This document shows positions 26,732-34,498 of a stretch of 56,249 nt of DNA, in pieces (within the stretch, counting starts at the first letter, position 1; each line of letters opens with the position of its first letter). Both the position numbers and the translations under genes were made by a program. The notes beneath the pieces were generated by a model. That model saw only the letters and a program-made list of their open reading frames with translations. It had not been told where the DNA came from and did not search any database. The DNA is from a virus (lineage: Duplodnaviria > Caudoviricetes), in the IMG/VR virus record IMGVR_UViG_3300031857_000228, positions 1 to 56,249 of that record; one strand, given 5' to 3'.

Positions 26732-26943
26732 GAGCGCACCGTGCGGGCGAGGACGTCGGAGAAGGCGAGCAGAGAGGCGCTGTAGAGGCGCGCCGCTTCG
26801 GCGAGCCCCTCGGCCGCGCCGGCCGCCTCGTCGTCGCCCGCAGCGCGGGACTGGGCCGCCGCGCGGCGCGCGTCGAAGGCGATGCTGTTTGCCTGCGAGG
26901 CGGCGCGGGCCAGGGTATGGGGGTGGAGGGTCGTGCGGGGCAT
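26728..26943 (-). CDS. Hypothetical Ala-rich protein
   Basis: GGAGTCAGCT-ATG leader; MPRTTLHPH... Confidence 0.65.
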   Translation of the reverse strand: MPRTTLHPHTLARAASQANSIAFDARRAAAQSRAAGDDEAAGAAEGLAEAARLYSASLLAFSDVLARTVRS

Positions 26944-27080
26944 AGCTGACTCCAGAGGGAGAGGGTGAATCCAGCGGAGCGCTGGCCGGCGTAGCCCCCG
27001 AGGGGGCCACGCGGGGCAGGGCTCCCCGAGAGCGGGGAGTGCGGGGCACCTGTCGGCCGTGCCCCCCTGCGCCGCGCCGC

Positions 27081-28526
27081 CTACGCTTCGGCGGCGCGCT
27101 TCACGAGCACCGGGAGGAGCGCCCCGGCGGCGCGCTCGACGCGCCAGCGCTGCGCCTCGTCGAGGAGGCCCTCGTGGGCGGCCCGCGTGACGGCGTTGAA
27201 GGCGTCCGCGAGGGTGTCGCCGGGCTCGGCGTCGAAGCCGCGGAGGAGCGCCTCGACGAGGGTGTCGCGCGCCACGTCGGCGTCCAGCTCGCCGCCCTTC
27301 ACGAGCGCCTTGAGCGCCTCGCGCGGGTCGACGTGCTTCTTCCCGCCGATGGCGACGGCGGACACCGGGGTGTCTCGGAGCACGCCCCACGAGTCGAGGA
27401 AGAACCGGGCGGCGTCGCCCGACTGCTCGACGAGGCCGCGCACGTCGCTCGCGATGCGGGCGAGGCCCACGCCGGTGAGATCGGTCGTGCGGCTCCCCTT
27501 GTGGACCCGGCGGAACGCCGTGTCGCCGAAGTCGACGGTCGTGCAGTTGATGCAGATGATCCGGGTGAAGCTGTTCCCGCCGATGTGGGCTCCGCCGCCC
27601 GCGTCGTTGGAGCGCCCGACGATCCCGGACTCGAACACGTCGCCGACGCTCGGGCGGAACGACTGCGGCGCGTGCCACGTCGCGCGGATCGTGACGTCCG
27701 TCGTCTCGCCGTTGTAGGCCACGGCGCCGCGGGGGTCCGGCAGGCCGAGCCCGTCGAGCGCCTCGACGTAGGTGCCGAGGACGCGGTCGCCGTCCATCGG
27801 CATATAGCTCGGGCTCACCGCGGCGAAGGCCTGCCAGTTGCCGCCGATGGTGCGCAGGCGGAGGCGCACCTCGCGGCTGTCGTCCTCGGGGTAGAACTCC
27901 GCGAGACGCTTGAGCTGGGCGTTCATCACCTCGGCCCGGTCGGCGGGGTCGAGGAGCGCGAGGAAGCTCCACGCGGAGGGGAACGCCTTCGGGAAGCGCT
28001 GCACGAGGCCCTTGAGGGCGAGGGGCTCCAGCGCGATGGGCGCCTTGCCCCGCGTCAGCGTGCCGTCGGGCAGCAGCCGCAGCTGCCGCGCGTCGCCGAG
28101 CTGGACGTCGCGCCGGCGCTCGGCGCGGATCTGATCGATGACCGCGCCGGCGGCGTCCCGGAACGCCGGGAGGTCGGCGTGGCGGCGGGCGAGGCTGCCG
28201 AACTTCGCGCGCCCCTCGGGCAGCATCTCGGTGCCGGCGGCGAACCAGGGGGGCGGCGCGGCGAAGCCGCGGGTGCCGAGGAAGGCCTCGGCGGCGCCGA
28301 TGCGGGCGGCGGCCGCCGCGTCGACGTCCACGCCGGGGCGGAGCGCCGGGGCGACGGGGGCCGCGACGACGGGCGCCGGGGCCGAGGCGGCCGGGGTGAC
28401 GGGCACGAGGCGCCCCGCGAAGCCGGCCGCCGCGTAGGCGGCCATCATCTCGAAGGCGAGGCCCTCGGTGACGCTGCCGTCGGGGCGGGTCCAGCGGGCG
28501 AAGGCGGGGGCGGTATTGTCGGTCAT
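27081..28526 (-). CDS. DUF932-like protein
   Basis: AAVSPSYMPMD, GDVFESGI..RSNDAG and RIICINC...HKG resemble DUF932; has its own promoter. Confidence 0.7.
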   Translation of the reverse strand: MTDNTAPAFARWTRPDGSVTEGLAFEMMAAYAAAGFAGRLVPVTPAASAPAPVVAAPVAPALRPGVDVDAAAAARIGAAEAFLGTRGFAAPPPWFAAGTEMLPEGRAKFGSLARRHADLPAFRDAAGAVIDQIRAERRRDVQLGDARQLRLLPDGTLTRGKAPIALEPLALKGLVQRFPKAFPSAWSFLALLDPADRAEVMNAQLKRLAEFYPEDDSREVRLRLRTIGGNWQAFAAVSPSYMPMDGDRVLGTYVEALDGLGLPDPRGAVAYNGETTDVTIRATWHAPQSFRPSVGDVFESGIVGRSNDAGGGAHIGGNSFTRIICINCTTVDFGDTAFRRVHKGSRTTDLTGVGLARIASDVRGLVEQSGDAARFFLDSWGVLRDTPVSAVAIGGKKHVDPREALKALVKGGELDADVARDTLVEALLRGFDAEPGDTLADAFNAVTRAAHEGLLDEAQRWRVERAAGALLPVLVKRAAEA

Positions 28527-28571
28527 GGCTGACTCCTGAGGGTGAACCGGCGCGGGGGCCGCCGGTGAGGG

Positions 28572-28600
28572 AAGTTACCGTGGCGGTAGGGGGGCGTCAA
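28572..28600 (-). promoter_or_regulatory. Sigma70-type promoter with a perfect operator in the spacer
   Basis: TTGACG-17-TAACTT on the minus strand; TACCGTGGCGGTA at 28576-28588. Confidence 0.75.
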
Positions 28601-28661
28601 GATCTTTCTGTTGGCTGCCGGGCAGCCGGGATCGGACCGGCCGCCGGGGCAGCAGAGCGCG

Positions 28662-28940
28662 CTACCTGCCGAGGAGGGCCTCGGGCTCGTCGCGCAGGGG
28701 CTCCGCGTGGCTCGGGGGCTCGTCGCGCTTGGTGAGCAGCCACACGGCGTCCTCGCGGGCGTCATGGTTGGCGCCCAGCTCTTCGGCCGGGCCGGCGAAG
28801 GGGTAGACGCCCACCCGGTGCAGCTCGTCGCCGTCGCGGAGCCACAGAGTGTAGGCGCCCGCGTCACCGTCGCGCCGGTAGTCGAGGAGGATCGGCAGCC
28901 CGTCGGGGGTCTCGCCGAGGTTGTAGCGGTACACGATCAT
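28662..28940 (-). CDS. Hypothetical protein
   Basis: GGAGCTGACC-ATG leader; MIVYRYNLGE... Confidence 0.7.
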   Translation of the reverse strand: MIVYRYNLGETPDGLPILLDYRRDGDAGAYTLWLRDGDELHRVGVYPFAGPAEELGANHDAREDAVWLLTKRDEPPSHAEPLRDEPEALLGR

Positions 28941-28942
28941 GG

Positions 28943-29101
28943 TCAGCTCCGGGGGGAGCGCCGGACGGGGAGCCCGGCGTAGGTTGCGACGGCGACACCG
29001 ACGCCGACGAGGTCGGCGGCGAACACGCCCACGAGGTAGGCGGAGTAGGTGGCGAGCAGGCCGACGGCGATGCCGATGGCGACGGCGAGACGGGGGCTCA
29101 C
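28943..29101 (-). CDS. 52-aa hydrophobic membrane protein (absent from the ORF track)
   Basis: GTGA overlap: MSPRLAVAIGIAVGLLATYSAYLVGVFAADLVGVGVAVATYAGLPVRRSPRS. Confidence 0.6.
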   Translation of the reverse strand: MSPRLAVAIGIAVGLLATYSAYLVGVFAADLVGVGVAVATYAGLPVRRSPRS

Positions 29102-29349
29102 GAGCGCACCCCGGCGCGCAGGGTGGCGAGATCCGCCTCGGCGGAACGCAGGCGCTCCGCGAGGGCGAGCAGGGCCGCGGCGGCCACCGCGGCGTCGACA
29201 TGGTGGTACTCCGACCAGATGTGGCGGAGGTCCCGAAGCACACAGGCGAGGTCGCCGCCGTCGTCCTCGAAGGCGGGGAAGGTGCGGAACCCGTCGGGCC
29301 CGTGGGCCCGCGCGGCGCGGCTGAGGGCGTTGTAGTCGAAGGGGGGCAT
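29098..29349 (-). CDS. Hypothetical protein
   Basis: GGAGTCCTGACC-ATG leader; MPPFDYNAL... Confidence 0.7.
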   Translation of the reverse strand: MPPFDYNALSRAARAHGPDGFRTFPAFEDDGGDLACVLRDLRHIWSEYHHVDAAVAAAALLALAERLRSAEADLATLRAGVRS

Positions 29350-29351
29350 GG

Positions 29352-29645
29352 TCAGGACTCCAGGGTGGTGGTGGCGGCGGAGGCGGCGGCGTCTACCGCG
29401 GCGAAGGCCGCGCGGGCGGCGGCGAGGGCGGCGGCGGCGTCGGTAAAGGCCGTGTGCGTGGACGTGCGCGACGCGGCGGCGGCGGCATACGCGGCGGCGG
29501 CGTCGTGCGCCGCGTCGAGGGCGGCGTCGAGGGCGGTGGCGGCGGCGGCGCGGTCGCCGTCCGCCAGCGCGGCGTAGGTAGCGGACGCCGCCGCGAGGGC
29601 GGCGGCGGCGGCCCGGTGGGCGCGGGCAGCGGGGGTGGAGAGCAT
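29352..29645 (-). CDS. Extremely Ala-rich helical protein
   Basis: Identical GGAGTCCTGACC-ATG leader; roughly half the residues are Ala. Confidence 0.6.
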   Translation of the reverse strand: MLSTPAARAHRAAAAALAAASATYAALADGDRAAAATALDAALDAAHDAAAAYAAAAASRTSTHTAFTDAAAALAAARAAFAAVDAAASAATTTLES

Positions 29646-29676
29646 GGTCAGGACTCCGGGGTGTCGGGGGTCGGGG

Positions 29677-29988
29677 TTAGAGGACCGAAGGGAGGGCCAG
29701 CTCGGGGGCCGGCGCGTAGCAGGACCGGGGAGCGACGAAGCGGCCCGAGGCCCCGCGGGGCGCGCGGAGGATCGTCGCCTCGTCGGCCACCGGCGGCAGG
29801 GGAACGAGGCCGGGGCGAACCCGGGCCACCGTCACGCGGAGGATCGGCGGCGCGGCGGCGGGCGCCACCTCGGCCACCTCGGCCACCTCGGCGGGCGCCA
29901 GCTCCTCGACCGGGAGGAGGGCGCCGATCGCGAGGGCGATCGGGAGGAGGATGAGCGGCAGGACGGCGAGGAGGGCGCAGGCGAGCAC
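29677..29988 (-). CDS. Putative membrane-anchored/secreted protein, first gene of the early operon
   Basis: GAGG RBS and GTG start; hydrophobic N-terminus; AEV triplet repeat. Confidence 0.5.
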   Translation of the reverse strand: MLACALLAVLPLILLPIALAIGALLPVEELAPAEVAEVAEVAPAAAPPILRVTVARVRPGLVPLPPVADEATILRAPRGASGRFVAPRSCYAPAPELALPSVL

Positions 29989-30012
29989 AGGGGGCCTCGG
30001 GGTGACGCAGGC

Positions 30013-30052
30013 AGGTTATGGTGGCCGGTGGAACCCGTCAACCGGTACGGTA
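30013..30052 (-). promoter_or_regulatory. Early leftward promoter with adjacent operator
   Basis: TTGACG(30041-30036)-17-TAACCT(30018-30013); AACCGGTACGGTA at 30040-30052. Confidence 0.75.
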
Positions 30053-30635
30053 TATGTTTCGACCGTGCCGCCTCGTGGAAGTAGGCGTAGAACCTGCGGC
30101 ATCTCGAGATTGGAGAAAGTTTCCGCCGCGGTAGAGTCGGCGAAAGTCGGCGTTACAACGATGGTAACGGAATCGGGCAGGTTGGAGGCCGGGAATCGGC
30201 GGCGTTACGCGTTACGCACGCCGCGGAGAGGGGGCCTATAGGAGCTATACGGAGAGATACACGATCAGGAATACGAGTAGAGGCTACACGTAGAGCCCCT
30301 ATACGGAGAGAGTGAGATCTCGATCTGTTGTGGGGTGTTGCAAGTCGCCGTGATTGTTGGGGGAACGAGTTACGGAGAAGAGCGATCATGGCTCATTCCG
30401 TGTAACACGGCGTTCAACCTGGGTTATTCGCAAGTCGGGGTTGACTCGTCAAGAGACGAAATCTACGGACGGTAGATCCGCATGGCGACGGTCGCGGCGA
30501 CGATAGAATGGTAAAGCGCCGGTCGAACGCCGATATACATGGATGATATACGGCCTGCTATCGAAAGTAGATATGCAACCGGTCGCGACGGCACGGGTCA
30601 ACGCAAACCGCGAGGTGCGTTTGACGCCTCCGGCT

Positions 30636-30671
30636 CGACTTGTTACGAGACGAACGTCTCGTAACAAGTCG
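30636..30671. repeat. Perfect 17-bp inverted repeat with a 2-nt spacer
   Basis: CGACTTGTTACGAGACG-AA-CGTCTCGTAACAAGTCG. Confidence 0.95.
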
Positions 30672-30810
30672 GCCCTCCGGCCGTGAGATTGTCGGCGTTG
30701 AACCGTGACGGGTCCGCCGGGCAGCTCCGCCGGCCCGCCGGTCCGCCGGGAGGGGGACGCGCCGCCGGTCCGGCCCGCCGGCAAGGGTGAATCGCAATAG
30801 AGCCGGCGTT

Positions 30811-30838
30811 GAAACTGCGTAGTCTTCTACGCAGTTTC
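30811..30838. repeat. Perfect 12-bp inverted repeat
   Basis: GAAACTGCGTAG-TCTT-CTACGCAGTTTC. Confidence 0.9.
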
Positions 30839-30909
30839 GACGGCGGCCCGCCCCGCGAGGGCCCCGGCCACCGGCGCCGCGCCGGATAGTCGCCGGCAGG
30901 ATCGCCGGA

Positions 30910-31240
30910 AAGGCTACTGGGAAGCCCGCCAGCGCGAAAGCGGGGGGCCGGCAGGGGTGGAGTAGCCCCCCGGCCCCGGAGCGGCTCTAATCGCGTCCCA
31001 GTGGCCTTCCCGCGCGTCGCCCCGCCGGGCGCCGGACCGCCGGCCGGACGGGGCGCCGGCCGCCGGCCGCCGGGGTGCCGGAGCTTCGGGGCGCCGGGTG
31101 CCAGGGAGTCAGGGCTCCGGGGCGCCGGGGCGCCGGACCGTCGGGAACCGCAATAGGAAGCCCGCCACGGGCAAAGCGGGGGCGCGGCAGGGGGTAGGCA
31201 TAGGGGCGCGCCCCGAACGGCTCTAATCGCTTCCCAGTGC
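30910..31240 (+). repeat. Two imperfect direct copies of a ~90-100 bp structured element
   Basis: Copies at 30910-31008 and 31150-31240 share GGAAGCCCGCCA...AAAGCGGGG...GGCAGGGG...CGGCTCTAATCGCnTCCCAGTG. Confidence 0.8.
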
Positions 31241-31253
31241 CCCTAAACGCGAA

Positions 31254-31283
31254 CGGCCCCCGATCCGGTTGGATCGGGGGCCG
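31254..31283 (-). terminator. Probable terminator hairpin downstream of the 31307-32206 gene
   Basis: Perfect 13-bp stem CGGCCCCCGATCC/GGATCGGGGGCCG, followed on the minus strand by TTCGCGTTT. Confidence 0.5.
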
Positions 31284-31306
31284 CGGGGAGCGGGGAGCGG
31301 GGAGCG

Positions 31307-32206
31307 CTACGCTTCGGGGATCATCTCAGAGACCGCATCGGCGGCCGCGGCCAGGAACGCGGCCGGGCCGCTCGCGATCCGGCGCCGCTTCGCGCCGATC
31401 GCACCGTGAAGCTTGACGTAGCGACCCGGCCGGGCCGCGTTGCGCGCCGCACCGTTGCACGCGACACACGCGACGCAGGGGATCGGGGCTTCGGGACGAT
31501 CCGCTTCACAGTGCGACGCGCCTACTTCGGCGAACGCGCGATCGTCCGCCGGGCTTTCGCTTGCGGCGAATACGCGCCATCCCTTCGAGCGGGCCCGCAG
31601 GTAGTCCGCGGGCGACGATACCGAAGCCATGAAATAGCACGACCATTCGACGGGAAGCGTGCGCCACGCCGCGGTGTAGCCCGTGTGTCCGCGCGCTTCG
31701 GCGAGGAGCGCGGCCCAAACTTCGAGCGGCGCGGCCGCGGGATCGCCCTCCATACCCGCCCGGATCCGGGCCCCCGCAAACGTACCAGGAACCCAGCCGA
31801 TCCGGCCGGCTTCCATCTCGCGACGGGCCGCACGCCATGCGGCGGACAACCGCGCCTTGTTCACGTAGCAGTCGCCCTTGCCGCCGCGCGGGATCGAACG
31901 GTGCCCGCAGTCGTCCGGGCACACGGCGCCGTCGGCGCCGGCCTTCCAGGCTTCGATCGGCGGACGATCCTGCCGCATGATCGACACCTGGACCATATCC
32001 CCGGTCTTACCGTTCTCGCTCGGCGCGTTGATCCGATGCGCCACAAGCATAATCGGCGTCGCGTCAAGCGTAGACGCGCCGGACCAAAGCACGATCGTGT
32101 CGTGAAGCTTCGGGGCGCGTGTTGCTTTGCGGACGGCGCGCCATGCGACGCGCCACGGGGCGATCGTGCGGGAACGGGCTTCGGGCTTGCGGACGAGTGC
32201 GGGCAC
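31307..32206 (-). CDS. Cys-rich conserved phage protein (gp88-like, radical-SAM-related candidate)
   Basis: GGAGTCAGCC-GTG start; NGKTGDM, CPDDC...CY, RAGMEGDP, TGYT, MASV, GWR, CxxCxxC and LHG motifs. Confidence 0.65.
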   Translation of the reverse strand: MPALVRKPEARSRTIAPWRVAWRAVRKATRAPKLHDTIVLWSGASTLDATPIMLVAHRINAPSENGKTGDMVQVSIMRQDRPPIEAWKAGADGAVCPDDCGHRSIPRGGKGDCYVNKARLSAAWRAARREMEAGRIGWVPGTFAGARIRAGMEGDPAAAPLEVWAALLAEARGHTGYTAAWRTLPVEWSCYFMASVSSPADYLRARSKGWRVFAASESPADDRAFAEVGASHCEADRPEAPIPCVACVACNGAARNAARPGRYVKLHGAIGAKRRRIASGPAAFLAAAADAVSEMIPEA

Positions 32207-32293
32207 GGCTGACTCCGAGGACCGGGGGAAGTGAACCGGTCCCGATCCACCTATACCGGGGCGGTTCAGCGCGCAAACAGAACCCTTCGATCT

Positions 32294-32317
32294 GCCGATC
32301 CGCCGATCCGCCGATCC
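32294..32317. repeat. (GCCGATCC)x3 tandem repeat
   Basis: Read directly; one substitution away from the 8-mer array at 32522. Confidence 0.85.
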
Positions 32318-32521
32318 GCCCGGAAAGCAATAGTCAATCATTCCGGGTAGTTAGCGCGATGTGCTCAATATTTGATATTGACGTGTCAATAGCGGTAGAA
32401 CGCACTGGGAGCGCATTAGAGCGCGATCGGCTTCGGGGGTAGGCCCCACTATGGCCGAAGGGCCGATCGTCGACTGGAGCGCTAAACTAACACTTTCGCA
32501 CTCGCGACGCTTCGAGCCGGT

Positions 32522-32617
32522 CCGGTCCGCCGGTCCGCCGGTCCGCCGGTCCGCCGGTCCGCCGGTCCGCCGGTCCGCCGGTCCGCCGGTCCGCCGGTCC
32601 GCCGGTCCGCCGGTCCG
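32522..32617. repeat. (CCGGTCCG)x12 perfect tandem repeat
   Basis: Twelve exact 8-bp units counted; non-coding. Confidence 0.95.
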
Positions 32618-32903
32618 GCCGGAGCTTCGGCGCCGGCGCTCGTGTCCGGCCGGAGCTGCAGGCCGGCGCTCCGGCGCTCGTGTCCGCCCGAACCGCCGGC
32701 GCGCCGGACCGCCCCGCCCCCGGCACCGGACCCCCCGGCGCCGCCGACCCGCCGCCGGCACCGCCGCGCCGCACCAACGACGAAGCGAGCGACGACGCCG
32801 AAACTATTGATGACAATCCATAAGGCACCAACCCGCCGTAGAGTCAATGGGGACCCCAAAGCGAAGAGCGTTCCCCGGACGCGAGCATATTTCTGAATCG
32901 CTA

Positions 32904-32948
32904 TACCGCTGCGGTACGCTTGTCATCCCACCACAGCGGTGCTACGCT
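32904..32948 (+). promoter_or_regulatory. Perfect operator plus promoter for a probably leaderless transcript
   Basis: TACCGCTGCGGTA (32904-32916); TTGTCA(32920-32925)-17-TACGCT(32943-32948); ATG 6 nt later with no SD. Confidence 0.7.
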
Positions 32949-32954
32949 GCGCCG

Positions 32955-33836
32955 ATGATTCGAGACCTCCCCCTCCCGCTCCGCCTCCGCAACGCCCTGG
33001 CGAAGGCCGGCTTCAACGACGAGCAGCAGCTCAAGGACTGGCTCAGCGGCACGCCGATGCCCGGCCTCGACGACGGCGTCATCCCAGGCGTCGGACCCAC
33101 CGGCATGAAGGCCCTCCGAGACTGGGCGGACGCGGCTAACGCCGCGCCCACCCTGTCTCGCAGCGCTCCGCGTGTCGAGCTGGATGCGTCGTCGCGATGG
33201 AATCCGCCCGCTCTGCCGGCGTTCGACAAGGAAATCCAGCGCCGCAGCGAGGAGTTCCGCGCGCGGGGCGGCTCTGTCGTCGTCGGCGACGGGCGCGGGC
33301 TACTGGCGCTTCGGCTCGAAGTCGACATTCAAGACAGACTCCGGGCGATGATCCCTGTTATCAAGGGGCTGGCGCATGTCAAGGAGCTGGGCGTCGAAGT
33401 TTCGGCAGAAACGGTGGGCCGAATGGCGCTGATCCGGGGCCTCGACGCCCTGGAACGCGCCCACCGCGGCCAGAATCGGCCCGAAACCGCCGAGAAAGAG
33501 GCGAAATCGGCCGATCCGAGCCCCGAAGACGCCGTTCCGACGCCCGATCCCGACGCGGAAGTCCACGAAACGCCGCCGGGCTGGTCGAAATGCGGCCCGA
33601 CGGACAAGATTCCGGTCCCCGAAGCGGTCCTGCACGACTACTACACCCAGAACGGGTGGTCCCGGTACTGGGGAATGGTCGATGGGACGCCGATCTACTT
33701 CTACTGGAGCCCCGAGAAGCGGCTCCAAGACCTCGATCCGTTCCCCGGAAGCGACAAGAGCGGCCGAAAGGTCGCCATTCAAGGCACTCCCTGGGGTCCG
33801 GGCCACGTCGTGCCCGTCAAGTGGGCCAATGCGTAG
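32955..33836 (+). CDS. Protein with N-terminal RNA polymerase alpha-CTD-like domain and a possible RHH segment
   Basis: IRDLPLPLRLRNALAKAG...IPGVGPTGMKAL matches the alpha-CTD pattern; central LRLEVDIQDRL...ETVGRMALIRGL. Confidence 0.6.
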   Translation: MIRDLPLPLRLRNALAKAGFNDEQQLKDWLSGTPMPGLDDGVIPGVGPTGMKALRDWADAANAAPTLSRSAPRVELDASSRWNPPALPAFDKEIQRRSEEFRARGGSVVVGDGRGLLALRLEVDIQDRLRAMIPVIKGLAHVKELGVEVSAETVGRMALIRGLDALERAHRGQNRPETAEKEAKSADPSPEDAVPTPDPDAEVHETPPGWSKCGPTDKIPVPEAVLHDYYTQNGWSRYWGMVDGTPIYFYWSPEKRLQDLDPFPGSDKSGRKVAIQGTPWGPGHVVPVKWANA

Positions 33837-33891
33837 CCCGTCAGGGCCGGGAGACGCGCGTTCAGCCCGCTCCCGGCCCCTTGAGCGCCGC

Positions 33892-34422
33892 TTAGGCGAC
33901 GCGGATGCCCTCGACGATGAGCAGAGCGGCGTTGTTGCCGCCCGCCCGGACCGTCACGGCGCGGAGCGTCGCGCCCGCGGCCACGGTGGTGAACGCATCG
34001 TCGAGCGTCGAGGCGTACGCGGTGCCCGTGTCCGTCGCGTTGTTCATGCCGTTGGTGATGGCGTTGCCAGTCGTGCCGTTGTGCAGCGTGATGCTGTTGC
34101 CGGCGTTGCCCGCGCCACCCGTCTTGATGTAGCTGACGCCGGTGACGAGGAACTTGTACGGCACGCTGGTGAAGTCCGCGTTGCCGCCCGCAGCGTCAGC
34201 GACCGCGAGGACGAGGCGCACCGGAGCGCCGACCTCGGCGGCCACCAGAGCGCGACTCGCAGCAGGAGCGACCGCAGCCCCGACCGTGGTGTTCGCGATC
34301 TTCGACCCATCGACGATGCTCGAAGCGAGCTTCGCCGCCGTCACCGCGTTCGCGGCGAGGTGCTCCGTGATGACCTCGCCGTACCGAATGAACTTCCGAG
34401 TGATCCAACCATATGCAGCCAT
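33892..34422 (-). CDS. Probable virion decoration/fibre protein
   Basis: GGAGG RBS and ATG at 34422; LAANAVTAAKLA fibre-type repeat; A/T/G/N-rich. Confidence 0.6.
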   Translation of the reverse strand: MAAYGWITRKFIRYGEVITEHLAANAVTAAKLASSIVDGSKIANTTVGAAVAPAASRALVAAEVGAPVRLVLAVADAAGGNADFTSVPYKFLVTGVSYIKTGGAGNAGNSITLHNGTTGNAITNGMNNATDTGTAYASTLDDAFTTVAAGATLRAVTVRAGGNNAALLIVEGIRVA

Positions 34423-34451
34423 GACCACCTCCAAGAAACCAGCGGCGCCCC

Positions 34452-34480
34452 TTGCGCACGCTTCATGGCAGCAGTAGTAT
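34452..34480 (+). promoter_or_regulatory. Sigma70-type promoter
   Basis: TTGCGC-17-TAGTAT upstream of 34499. Confidence 0.5.
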
Positions 34481-34498
34481 AGCATCCAAGAGGCGAAT

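Larger units (their letters stand above)
30150..30840. other. Non-coding, lower-GC region; candidate replication origin or genome-end region
   Basis: No credible ORF; eight GTTAC/GTAAC pentamers, a duplicated CTATACGGAGAG and long perfect palindromes. Confidence 0.45.

Noticed and set aside
30636-30671. Protelomerase (tel) site of a linear plasmid prophage
   Set aside because: No protelomerase or partition genes were recognised in the window; kept only as a palindrome.
30153-30797. Short ORFs in the control region
   Set aside because: Atypical codon usage, no RBS, and overlap with palindromes.
30910-31240. Known self-cleaving ribozyme (hammerhead/twister/HDV-like)
   Set aside because: The CUGAnGA core and the required pseudoknots could not be identified by eye on either strand.
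32522-32617. Possible CRISPR array
   Set aside because: 8-bp units with no spacers. No spaced 25-40 bp repeats were noticed elsewhere, and the Cas4-like gene sits in a recombination context.
32351-32896. ORFs with RRTGGPAD / PPVRRSAG repeats
   Set aside because: Translations of the 8-bp tandem array; no RBS and no coding bias.
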